A DNA stretch of 64,000 nucleotides from Mobula hypostoma (taxonomy: Eukaryota): assembly GCF_963921235.1 (NCBI RefSeq), contig NC_086100.1, positions 202,990,001-203,054,000 on the forward strand. The letters are read 5' to 3'. The translations under genes and the position numbers were made by a program. Under the pieces are notes generated by a model that was not told the DNA's origin, searched no databases, and saw only the letters and a program-made list of their open reading frames with translations. This document shows positions 40,653-51,870 of the stretch, one piece after another. Every line of letters starts with the position of its first letter. The first letter of the stretch is position 1.

Positions 40653-42718
40653 AAAACAACAGGAGTTCTGCAGATGCTGGAAATTCAAGGAACACACATC
40701 AAAGTTGCTGGTGAACGCAGCAGCCCAGGCAGCATCTCTGGGAAGAGGTACAGTCGACGTTTCAGGCCGAGACCCTTCGTCAGGACTAACTGAAAGAAGA
40801 GCTAGTAAGAGATTTGAAAGTGGGAGGGGGAGATCCAAAATGATAGGAGAAGACAGGAGGGGGAGGGATGGAGCCAAGAGCTGGACAGGTGATTGGCAAA
40901 GGGGATATGAGAGGATCATGGGACAAGAGGTCCAGGGAGAAAGACAAGGGGGGGCGAACCCAAAGGATGGGCAAGGGGTATAGTCAGAGGGACAGAGGGA
41001 GAAAAAAGAGAGAGAGAGAGAAAGGGAATGTGTGTATATAAATAAATAACGGATGGGGTACGAGGGGGAGGTGGGGCATTAGCGGAAGTTAGAGAAGTCG
41101 ATGTTCATGCTATCAGGTTGGAGACTACCCAGACGGAATGTAAGGTGTTGTTCCTCCAACCTGAGTGTGGCTTCATCTTTACAGTAGAGGAGGCCGTGGA
41201 TAGACATGTCAGAATGGGAATGGGATGTGGAATTAAAATGTGTGGCCACTGGGAGATCCTGCTTTCTCTGGCGGACAGAGCGTAGGTGTTCAGCAAAGTG
41301 GTCTCCCAGTCTGCGTCGGGTCTCGCCAATATATAGGAGGCCACATTGGGAGCACCGGACGCAGTATATCACCCCAGTCGACTCACAGGTGAAGTGTCGC
41401 CTCACCTGGTAGGACTGTCTGGGGCCCTGAATGGTGGTAAGGGAGGAAGTGTAAGGGCATGTGTAGCACTTGTTCTGCTTACACGGATAAGTGCCAGGAG
41501 GGAATCGGTGGGGAGGGATGGGGGGGACGAATGGACAAGGGAGTCGCATAGGGAGCGATCCCTGCGGAAAGCAGAGGGGGGTGAGGGAAAGATGTGCTTA
41601 GTGGTGGGATCCCGTTGGAGGTGGCGGAAGTTACGGAGAATAATATGTTGGACCCGGAGGCTGGTGGGGTGGTAGGTGAGGACCAGGGGACCCTATTCCT
41701 AGTGGGGTGGCCGGAGGATGGAGTGAGAGCAGATTTACGTGAAATGGGGGAGATGCGTTTGAGAGCAGAGTTGATAGTGGAGGAAGGGAAGCCCCTTTCT
41801 TTAAAAAAGGAGGACATCTCCCTCGTCCTGGAATGAAAAGCCTCATCCTGAGAGCAGATGCGGCGGAGACGGAGGAATTGCGAGAAGGGGATGGCGTTTT
41901 TGCAAGAGACAGGGTGAGAAGAGGAATAGTCCAGATAGCTGTGAGAGTCAATAGGCTTATAGTAGACATCAGTGGATAAGCTGTCTCCAGAGACAAAGAC
42001 AGAAAGATCCAGAAAGGGGAGGGAGGTGTCGGAAATGGACCAGGTAAACTTGAGGGCAGGGTGAAAGTTGGAGGCAAAGTTAATAAAGTCAACGAGTTCT
42101 GCATGCATGCAGGAAGCAGCGCCAATGCAGTCGTCGATGTAGCGAAGGAAAAGTGGGGGACAGATACCAGAATAGGCACGGAACATAGATTGTTCCACAA
42201 ACCCAACAAAAAGGCAGGCATAGCTAGGACCCATACGGGTGCCCATAGCTACACCTTTAGTTTGGAGGAAGTGGGAGGAGCCAAAGGAGAAATTATTAAG
42301 AGTAAGGACTAATTCCGCTAGACGGAGCAGAGTGGTGGTAGAGGGGAACTGATTAGGTCTGGAATCCAAAAGGAAGCGGAGAGCTTTGAGATCTTCCTGA
42401 TGGGGGATGGAAGTATATAGGGACTGGACATCCATGGTGAAAATAAAGCGGTGGGGGCCAGGGAACTTAAAATCATCGAAAAGTTTAAGAGTGTGAGAAG
42501 TGTCACGAACATAGGTAGGAAGGGATTGAACAAGGGGGGATAAAACCGTGTCGAGGTATGCAGAAACGAGTTCGGTGGGCCAGGAGCAAGCTGAGACAGT
42601 AGGTCTGCCAGGACAGGCAGGTTTGTGGATCTTGGGTAGGAGGTTAGAAACAGGAAGTGCGAGGTGTGGGAACTATAAGGTTGGTAGCAGTGGATGGGAG
42701 ATCCCCTGAGCGGATAAA
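40653..42718 (-). mobile_element. Penelope-like element, 5'-truncated, frameshifted
   Basis: ORFs 41479..42435 (RT, RYIDD) and 41079..41549 (GIY-YIG). Reverse complement of 14265-16296. Confidence 0.93.
40751..40788 (-). ncRNA. Minimal type I hammerhead ribozyme motif, intact core
   Basis: Reverse complement reads tagtc-CTGACGA-agggtctcggcct-GAAA-c-GTC-gactg. Confidence 0.75.
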
Positions 42719-44035
42719 AAAATTGGTTGACTGGCAGGAGACAGGGATTGGGAATAAAGGGGGCCTTTTCTGCTTGGCTGCCAGTGACTAGAGGTGTTCC
42801 ACAGGGGTTTGTGTTGGGCTCGCTTCTCACATTGTATGTCAAAGATTTGGACAATAGAACTGATGATTTTGCAGCCATGTTTGTGGACGATATGAGGATA
42901 GGTGGAGACACCCGTAGCATTAAGGAAGCAGGCAGTCTGCAGAAGTACTTCAACAGATTAGGAGAATGGTTGAAGAAGTAGCAGATGAAATGTAGTGTAG
43001 GGAAGTGTGTTGGTCATACACTTTGGTACAAGGCATAAAGGCGTAGAGTATTTTCTCGGTGGGAAGAAAGTTCAGAACTCAGAGTTGTAATGGGACTTGG
43101 AAGTCCTCCTGCAGGATTCCCAAAAGGTAAACTTGCAGGTTGAATCATTAGTGAGGAATGCAAATGCAATGTAAGCATTCAGTTTGAGAGGCATAGAATA
43201 GAAGAGCAAGGATGTAATGCTGAGGCTTTATAAGGCTTTGGTTGGACTGCACAGAGTATTGTGAGTAATTTTGGGTTCCTTACCAAGGAAAGGATGTGTT
43301 ATCATCAAAGAGGGTACTGAGGAGGTTCATGAGAATAATTCTAGGATTGAAAATATGAGGAGCGTTTGATGGTTCTGGGCCTGTACTCACTGGAATTGAA
43401 AAGAATGAGGGGGTAACCTCATTGAAAGGTATTAAACATTGAAAGGCCTAGATAGAGTGGAATTGGAGAGGATGCTTCTGAATGTGGGGGAGTCTAGGAC
43501 CAGAATAGAGGGACATCTGTTTAGCACATGGATAAGGAGGAATTTTCTTCTGCTGGAGGGCTGAATCTGTGGAATTCATTGCAACAGATGACCATGGAGA
43601 CTATCTCCTTGGGTACAGTTAAAAACTGAGGATAAGTATGGAAATGCATGGTCTGGTCAAGGAGTTAGAAGTGGCTGAGGTACAAAATGACTACTTTGCA
43701 GTGGTATTTACCAAGGATAAATTGCTGGGGTGAAAACAAAATGCTAATGCGCTGGGACATTTTGGGATTAAGAAGGCAGCAATAAATCTTAATGGATCTT
43801 CCAAAAAGCATTTAAGAGACCCTTAGATAGATTCATGGATGTAAGAAAATGCAAGGTTCTGGGTTGTGTCAGAGGGAAGGATTGATAAGTTCTTGATTAG
43901 TAAGGATGTTAAAGTTTATGGGGTGAAGGCAGAAGAATGGGGTTGAGAGAGACAATGAATCAACCACGATGGAATGCGGGAGCAGACTCCATGGGCTGGA
44001 TGGCCTAATTCTGCTCCAAAGTCTTATGGTCTTAA
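42719..44035 (+). mobile_element. Degenerate CR1 RT/3' part (host of the Penelope-like copy at 40653-42718)
   Basis: ORF 42727..42981 (GVPQG, FVDD). Tail tcttatggtctta. Confidence 0.75.
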
Positions 44036-44990
44036 TTCAAATAATACATGCGTTCAGCTGAACATCTGAAATTTGATTTTGCATGGGTATTTTAAGAATC
44101 GTATCTTTTGGATATTCTCATACACCACATAGCACGTTACAGGCACTTTAGCCCATGATGTTGTGCTGAATTATATAAACATACTGCACCATAAATCGAA
44201 CCCTTCCCTCTTACACAGCCCATAACCTTGTATTTTCTTACACCCATGTGCCTATCTAAGGGTCTCTTTAATGCTTTTTTGAAGATCCATATAGACTCAT
44301 TATGTCCTCCTTAATCTCAAAACGTTCCAGCGCATTAGCATGCTGTTTTACCCCACCAATTTTTTTCTTGGTAAATACCAATGTAAAATAGTCATTTTGT
44401 ACCTCAGCCACGTCTAACTCTTCGAATGGACCCAGTATTTCCGTAGTTACCCTCAATTTTTTTAAAAATACAAGTACTGTACAAAATGCCATGGGATCCT
44501 CCTTGACCCGAATCACCAAGAACACTTCATGGCCTCTTTTGCCCTTCCATGAGACTATAAGACACAGGAGCAGAATTAGGCCATTCAGCCCATCAGTCTA
44601 CTCCACCATTCCATCATGGCTGATCCTGGATAACACACAACCCCATACAGCTGCCTTCCCACCCTATCCTTTGATGCCCTGACCGGTCAGGAAACGATCA
44701 ACTTCAGCCTTACATGCACCCATGGACTTAGCCTCCCCACAGTCTGTGACAGAGCATTCCATAGATTCAGTACTCTTTGGCTAAAAAAGTTCCTCCTTAC
44801 CTCTATGCTGAAAGGTTACCCCTCAGTTTTGAGGCAGTGCCCTCCAGTTTTGAACACCCCCACCATAGGAAACATCATCTCCATATCCATCCTATCTAGT
44901 CCTTTCAACATTCGGTAGGTTTCAATGAGATGCCTCTGCATGCTGTGCAGTGAGTACAGGCCCAAAGCTGTGAAACACTCCTCGTATGTT

Positions 44991-45153
44991 TTATTTCAGA
45001 TCGCCCCCTCCCCCTCCCACTTTCAAATCTCTCACTAGCTCTTCCTTCAGTTAGTCCTGACGAAGGGTCTCAGCCCGAAACGTCGACTGTACCTCTTCCT
45101 ACAGATGCTGCCTGGCCTGCTGCGTTCACCAGCAACTCTGATGTGTGTTGCTT
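44991..45153 (+). mobile_element. Short Penelope-like 3'-terminal insertion
   Basis: Matches the element 3' end. Flanked by ctcgtatgtt (44981-44990) and cttgtatgtt (45151-45160). Confidence 0.85.
45052..45089 (+). ncRNA. Minimal type I hammerhead ribozyme motif, intact core
   Basis: tagtc-CTGACGA-agggtctcagccc-GAAA-c-GTC-gactg. Confidence 0.75.
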
Positions 45154-45940
45154 GTATGTTAACACGTTCATTCCCGGAGTCAACCTCATGAACCTTCTCT
45201 GGGCTCTATCCAATGACAACACATCCTTTCTGAAATATGAGATTTTAATTTCCCAAATATTGATTGGCATCTCCTGAGAGTGAGGGGTTTAGATGGGGTG
45301 GAGTTCGTTAGATGTGTTCAGCAAGGTTTCTTGACACAATATGTAGATAAGCCTACAAGAGGAGAGGCTGTACTTGATCTGGTATTGGGAAATGAACCTG
45401 GTCAGGTGTCAGGTCTCTCAGTGGGAGAGCATTTTGGAGATAGTGATCACAATTCTATCTTCTTCACCATAGCATTGGAGAGGGATAGGAGCAGACATGT
45501 TAGGGAAACTAATTGGGGTAAGGGGAAATATGAGGTTATCAGGCAGAAACTTGGAAGCATAAATTGGAAACAGGTATTCTCAGCGAAACGTACGGAAGAA
45601 ATGTGGCAAGTGTTCAGGGGATATTTGCGTGGGGTTCTGCGCAGGTACATTCCAATTAGACATGGAAAGGATGGTAGGGTACAGGAACCGTGGTGTACAA
45701 AGGTTGTTGTAAATCTAGTCAAGAAGAAAAGAAGAGATTACGAAAGGTTCAAAAAACTAGGTAATGATAGGAATCTAGAAGATTTTAAGTCTAGCAGGAA
45801 GGAGCTTAAGAATGAAATTTAGGAGAGCCAGAAGGGGCCATGAGAAGGCCTTGGCAGACAGGATTAAGGAAAACCCCAAGGCATTCTACAAGTATGTGAA
45901 GAGCAAGAGGATAAACATAGAAAACCTAAAGCACAATACA

Positions 45941-47621
45941 GGAGGAAATCTATAGGTGCTGGAAATTTCAAGCAACACACATCAAAAATGCTGGTGAACA
46001 CAGCAGGCCAGGCAGCATCTCTAGGAAGAGGTACAGTCGACGTTTCAGGCTGAGACCCTTCGTCAGGACTAACTGAAGGAACAGTGAGTAAGGGATTTGA
46101 AAGTGGGAGGGGGAGGGGGAGATCGGAAATGATAGGAGAAGACAGGAGGGGGAGGGAGAGGGATGGAGCTAAGAGCTGGACAGGTGATTGGCAAAAGGGA
46201 TACAGCTGGAGAAGGGGGAGGATCATGGGGCGGGAGGCCTAGGGAGAGGAGCCCAGAGGATGGGCAAAGAGTTGTACTGAGAGGGACAGAGGGAGAAAAA
46301 AGAGAGAAAGAATGAATAAATAAATAAATAAACAAACAAACAAACAAACAAACAAGGGATGGGGTACGAAGGGGAGGAGGGGCATTAACGGAAGTTAGAG
46401 AAGTCAATGTTCATGGCATCAGGTTGGAGACTACCCAGACGGAATGTAAGGTTTTGTTCCTCCAACCTGAGTGTGGCTTCATCTTGACAGTAGAGGAGGC
46501 CGTGGATAGACATATCAGAATGGGAATGGGATGTGGAATTAAAATGTGTGGCTACTGGGAAATCCAGCTTTCTCTGGTGGACAGAGCGTAGGTGTTCAGC
46601 GAAACGGTCTTCCAGCCTGCGTTGGGTCTCACCAATGTATAGAAGGTCGCATCGGGAGCACTGGGTGCAGTATACTGGACTAAACACATCTCACCCCCCC
46701 CCGCTTTCCGCAGGGATCGCTCCCTACGTGACTCCCTTGTCCATTCGTCCCCCCATCCCTTCCCACCGATCTCCCTCCCAGCACTTATCCCTGTAAGCAG
46801 AACAAGTGCTACACATGCCCTTACACTTCCTCCCTTATCACCATTCAGGACCCCAGACAGTCCTTCCAGGTGAGGCGACACTTCACCTGTGAGTCGGCTG
46901 GGGTGATATACTGCGTTCGGTGCTCCCGACGTGGCCTTCTATATATTGGCGAGACCCGACGCAGGCTGGGAGACCATTTCGCTGAACACCTACGCTCTGT
47001 CTGCCAGAGAAAGCAGGATCTCCCAGTTGCCTCACATTTTAATTCCACGTCCCATTCCCATTCTGACATGTCTATCCACGGCCTCCTCTACTGTAAAGAT
47101 GAAGCCACACTCAGGTTGGAGCAACCACACCTTATATTCCGTCTGGGTAGCCTCCAACCTGATGGCATGAACATTGACTTCTCTAACTTCTGCTGAGGCC
47201 CCACCTCCCCCTCATACCCCATCCCTTGTTTGTTTGTTTATTTATTTATTTACTTATTTACTTACTTACTTATTTTCTCTCTTTTTTTCTCCCTTTGTCC
47301 CACTCACTGTAACTCCTTGCCCATCCTCTGGTGCCCCCCACCCTTTCTTTCTCCCTAGGCCTCCCATCCCATAATCCTCTCCCTTCTCCAGCCGCGTATC
47401 CCTTTTGCCAATCACCTGTCCGGCTCTTAGCTCCACCCCTCCCCCTCCTGTCTTCGCACATCATTTCGGATCTCCCCTCCCCCTCCCACTTTCAAATGTC
47501 TTTCTATCTCTTCTTCCAGTCAGTCCTGACGAAGAGTCTCAGCCCGAAATGTCGATTGTACCTCTTCCTAGAGATGCTGCCTGTCCTGCTGCATTCACCA
47601 GCAATTTTTATATGTGTTGCT
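45941..47621. mobile_element. Penelope-like insertion made of two inverted 5'-truncated copies (minus ~45941-46673, plus ~46678-47621)
   Basis: GIY-YIG ORFs 46385..46687 (-) and 46870..47196 (+). 11-bp TSD agcacaataca (45930-45940, 47622-47632). Confidence 0.88.
46034..46071 (-). ncRNA. Minimal type I hammerhead ribozyme motif, intact core
   Basis: Reverse complement reads tagtc-CTGACGA-agggtctcagcct-GAAA-c-GTC-gactg. Confidence 0.72.
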
Positions 47622-48671
47622 AGCACAATACAAGCCCTGTGGCCCTACCTTAGAACATGTCCCTACCTTAGAAATTACTAGGCTTACCCATAGCCCTCTA
47701 TTTTTCTAAGCTCCATGTATCTATCCAAAAGTCTCTTAAAAGACCCTATCGTATCCGCATCCATCACCATTGCCAGCAGCCCATTCCATGCACTCACCAC
47801 TCTCTGTGTAAAAAACTTACACCTGACATCTCCTCTGTACCTGCTCCCTAGCACCTTATATGTGTGTCTTCTTGTGGCAACCATTTCAGCCCTGGGAAAA
47901 AGCCTCTGACTATCCACACGATCGATGCCTGTCATCATCTTATACACCTCTATCAGGTCATCTCTCATCCTCCGTCGCTCCAAGGAGAAAAGGCCAAGTT
48001 CAAGCAACCTGTTTTTATAAGGCATGCTCCCCAATCCAGGCAACATCCTTGTAAATCTCCTCTGCACCCTTTCTATGGTTTCCACATCCTTCCTGTAGTG
48101 AGGTGACCAGAACTGAGCACAGTACTCCAAGTGGGGTCTGACCATGGTCCTATATAGCTGCAACATTACCTCTCAGCTCCTAAATTCAATTCCACGATTG
48201 ATGAAGGCCAATACACCGTATACCTTCTTATCCCCAGAGTCAACCTGCGCAGCTGCTTTGAGCGTCCTATGGACTCGGACCCCAAGATCCCTCTGATCCT
48301 CCACACTGCCAAGAGTCTTACCATTAATATTATATTCTGCGATGTGAGAGAATAGCTCCAATCAAGTGTAACAGTGGAAAAATGTGTCTGGAGCTGGAGG
48401 AAATAGCAGAGGTACTTAATGAATACTTTGCTTCAGTATTGACTACGGAAAAAGATCTTGGTGACTATAGTGATGACTTGCAGCAGACTGAAAAGCTTGA
48501 GCATGTAGATATTAAGCAAGGGGATGTGCTGGAACTTTTGGAAAGCATCAAGTTGGATAAGCCACCGGGACCGGACAGGATGTACCCCAGGCTACTGTGG
48601 GAAGCAAGGGAGGAGATTGCTGAGCCTCTGGCGATGGTCTTTGCATCATCAATGAAAACGGGAGAGGTTCC

Positions 48672-48800
48672 CGACGAAGGGTCTTGGCCTGAAACGTCGA
48701 CTGTATCTCTTCCTAGAGATGCTGCCTGGCCTGCTGCGTTCACCAGCAACTTTGATGTGTTTTGCTTGAATGTCCAGCATCTGCAGAATTCCTCGTGTCT
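48672..48800 (+). mobile_element. 129-bp Penelope-like 3'-terminal insertion inside CR1 ORF2
   Basis: 8-bp TSD gaggttcc (48664-48671, 48801-48808). Starts within the hammerhead core. Confidence 0.88.
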
Positions 48801-49479
48801 GAGGTTCCGGAGGATTGGAGGGTTGCGGATCTTGTGCCTTTATTCAAGAAAGGGAGTAGAGATAGCCCAGGAAATTATAGACCAGTGAGTCTTACTTCAG
48901 TGGTTGGTAAGTTGATGGAGAAGATCCTGAGAGGCAGGATTTATGAACATTTGGAGAGGTATAATATGATTAGGAATAGTCAGCATGGACGTGGAAACCT
49001 AGAAAGGGTGCAGAGGAGATTTACAAGGATGTTGCCTGGATTGGGGAGCATGCCTTATGAGAATAGGTTGAGTAAACTCGGCCTTTTCTCCTTTGAGTGA
49101 CGGAGGATGAGAGGTGACCTGATAGAGGTGTACAAGATAATGAGAGGCATTGATCGTGTGGATAGAGGCTTTTCCCTAGGGCTGAAATGGCTAGCATGTG
49201 AGGTCATTTTTTTAAGGTGCTTGGAAGTAGGTACAGGGGAGAAGTCAGGGGTAAGCTTTTTATGCAGAGAGTGGTGAGTGCATGGAATGGGCTGCCGGCA
49301 ACGGTGGTGGAGGCGGAAACGATAGGGTGTTTTAAGAGTCTCTTGGATGGGTACATGGAGCTTAGAAAAATAGAGGGCTGTGGTAAGCTTAGGCAGTTCT
49401 AAGGTAGGGACATGTTCAGCACAGCTTTGTGGGCCGAAGGGCCTGTATTGTGCTGTAGGTTTTCTATGTTTCCATGACT

Positions 49480-51870
49480 AGTGTCTTTTAGAGGCTCAGC
49501 ATTATCTTTTTGCTTTTATATTCTATTCCCCTTGAAATAAATGCCAACGTTGCATTTGCAAACTTTACCACAGACTCAAGCTGTAAATTGACCTTCTGGG
49601 AGTCTTGCAGGAGGACTCCTCAGTTCCTCTGGACCTCTGATGTTTGAACCTTCTCCCCATTTAGGTAATAGTCTGCACTGTTGTTCCTTTTATCAAAATG
49701 TATTGTCATACATTTCCCAACACTTTAATTTTCTTCTACCAAAATGCAACCATGAACTTCCTGACACTGTATTCCATCTGCCACTCATTCTCCTAATCTA
49801 TTCAAGTCCTTCTTCAGCTTCGCTGTTTCCTCAACACTACCTGCCCCTCCATCTATTTTCACATCATCGGCAAACTTGGCCACAAAGACATCAATTCCGT
49901 CATTGAGGTCACTGACATACAACATAAAAAGAACCAGTCCCAATACTGACCCCTGCGGAAGAGCGCTAGTCACTGACAGCCAATCAGAAAAGGCTCACTT
50001 TATTCCCACTCTTTGCCTCTTCCCATTCAGCCACTGCTTTATCCATGATAGTATCTTTCCTGTAAACCATGGCACCTATCTTGCTAAGCAGCCTCAAGTG
50101 AGGCAGCTTGTCAAAGTCCTTTTGAAAATCCAAGTACTCAACTTCCATTGATTCCTCTTTGTCTATGCTGCTTGTTATTTCCTCAAAGGAGTCTACCAGG
50201 TTTGTCAGGCATGAAAACAGAAAATAAGATCATGTATAAAACCATTAGACTATTAGATATAGGAGCAAAGAGTAAGAGTGTATCAACTACTGCCTTAATT
50301 ATATGTAAAAACTTGACCTTCACAGCCACCTGTGAAAACGAATTCCATAGATTAACCACTCTCAGGCTAAAGAAATTCCTCCTCATCATATTCGAAAAGG
50401 ACTCGCCTCTGTTCTGAGGCTGTGTCCTCTGGTCCTAGACTCTCCCACCATAGGAAACATCCTCTCCACATCCACTCTATCAAGGCCTTTCAATTCTATA
50501 AGTTTCAATTAGGTTTCCCCTCATACCATAAGAACATAAGATATAGGAACAGAATTAGGCCATTTGGCTCATCAAGTCCGCTCTGCCATTTCACCATGAC
50601 TGATCCAATTTTCATCTTAGCCGCAATCTCCTACCTTCCCCCCGTATCCCTTCATGTGACCGATCAAGAATCTATCAGCCTCGGCCTTAAATATGTATAA
50701 GGACTTGGCCTCCACAGCGGCCTGTGGCAAAGAATTTCGCACTCTCTGGCTAAAGAAATTCTTCCTTCTCTCCCTTCTAAAAGTATGCCCCTCTATTCTG
50801 AGGCTGTATATTGTCTAGTCTTAGACTATTCCATGACAAGAAGCATCCTCTCCACATGCACTTGATCCAGGCCTTTCACCATGTGATAGGCTTCAACGAG
50901 GTCACCTCTTATTGTTCTGAACTCTAGTAATCCTGGAATAATTTTCATGAACTTCCTTTGAACCCTCTCACGAGTCAGCACATTCTTTCTAAGATAAGGT
51001 GCCTCAAACTGCTCTCAATATTCCAAGTGAGGCTTTACCAGTGATTCCTAAAGTCTCAACATTATATCCTACTTTTATATTCTAGTCCTCTTGAAATGAA
51101 TATATTTCCCTTCCTCATCACAGACTCAAGCTGTAAGTCAACCTTAATCCTGCACAAGGACTACAAAGTCCCTTTTTGCCTCAGATTTTTGAAAATTCTC
51201 TCCACTTACAAAAGAATGGTGTGCGTTTCTGGGGAAAATGAGGAAGGTGCAGGACATGTGTATTCCAAAAATGAAGAAATACTCAGATGGTAAAATACTG
51301 TAACCATGGCTGACAAGGGAAGTCAAAGCTATTGTAAAAGCTAAAGAAAGGGCATACAACAAAGCAAAAATTAGTGGGAAGACAGAGGATTGGGAAGTTT
51401 TTAAAAACCCACAGAGAGCAACCACAAAATCATTAGAAGGGAAAAGCTGGAATATGAAAGCAAGCAAGTAATATCAAAGTGGATAGTAAAAGTTTTTTCA
51501 AGTATGTTAAAAATAAAAGAGAAATTGGAGTGGATATAACAACATAGAAAATGAGGCAGGAGAAATAATAATGGGGGACAAAGAGATGGCTGCTAAACTA
51601 AGTGAGTATTTTGAGTCAGCCTTCACGGTGGAAGACACTAGCAGTATGCCTGATCCAGTGTTTTGAAGGAAGGGAAGTGGGTGCAGTTACTGTTACAAGA
51701 CAGAACGTGCTCAAAAAGCTGAAAGACCTAAAGATACTTGGGTCACCCGGAGCAGAGAAACTGCATCCTAGGGTTCTGAAAGAGGTAATGTTAGAGATTG
51801 TAGAGGCATGGGAAATGATCTTACAAAAATCATTGGACTCTGGCATGGTGCCAGATGACTGGAAAACGTC
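49480..51870. mobile_element. Degraded CR1 fragments, mixed orientation
   Basis: ORF 49785..49973 (PQGSVLG, KFADD). Tail ataagaacataag near 50530. Confidence 0.65.

Larger units (their letters stand above)
45240..49475 (+). mobile_element. CR1 ORF2 (+) split by a minus-strand CR1 (~45913-48340) and Penelope-like insertions
   Basis: ORF 45280..45822 (endonuclease end). KSKRI|RCERI junction continues at 48341. Minus-strand CR1 ORF 47684..48166. Confidence 0.8.
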
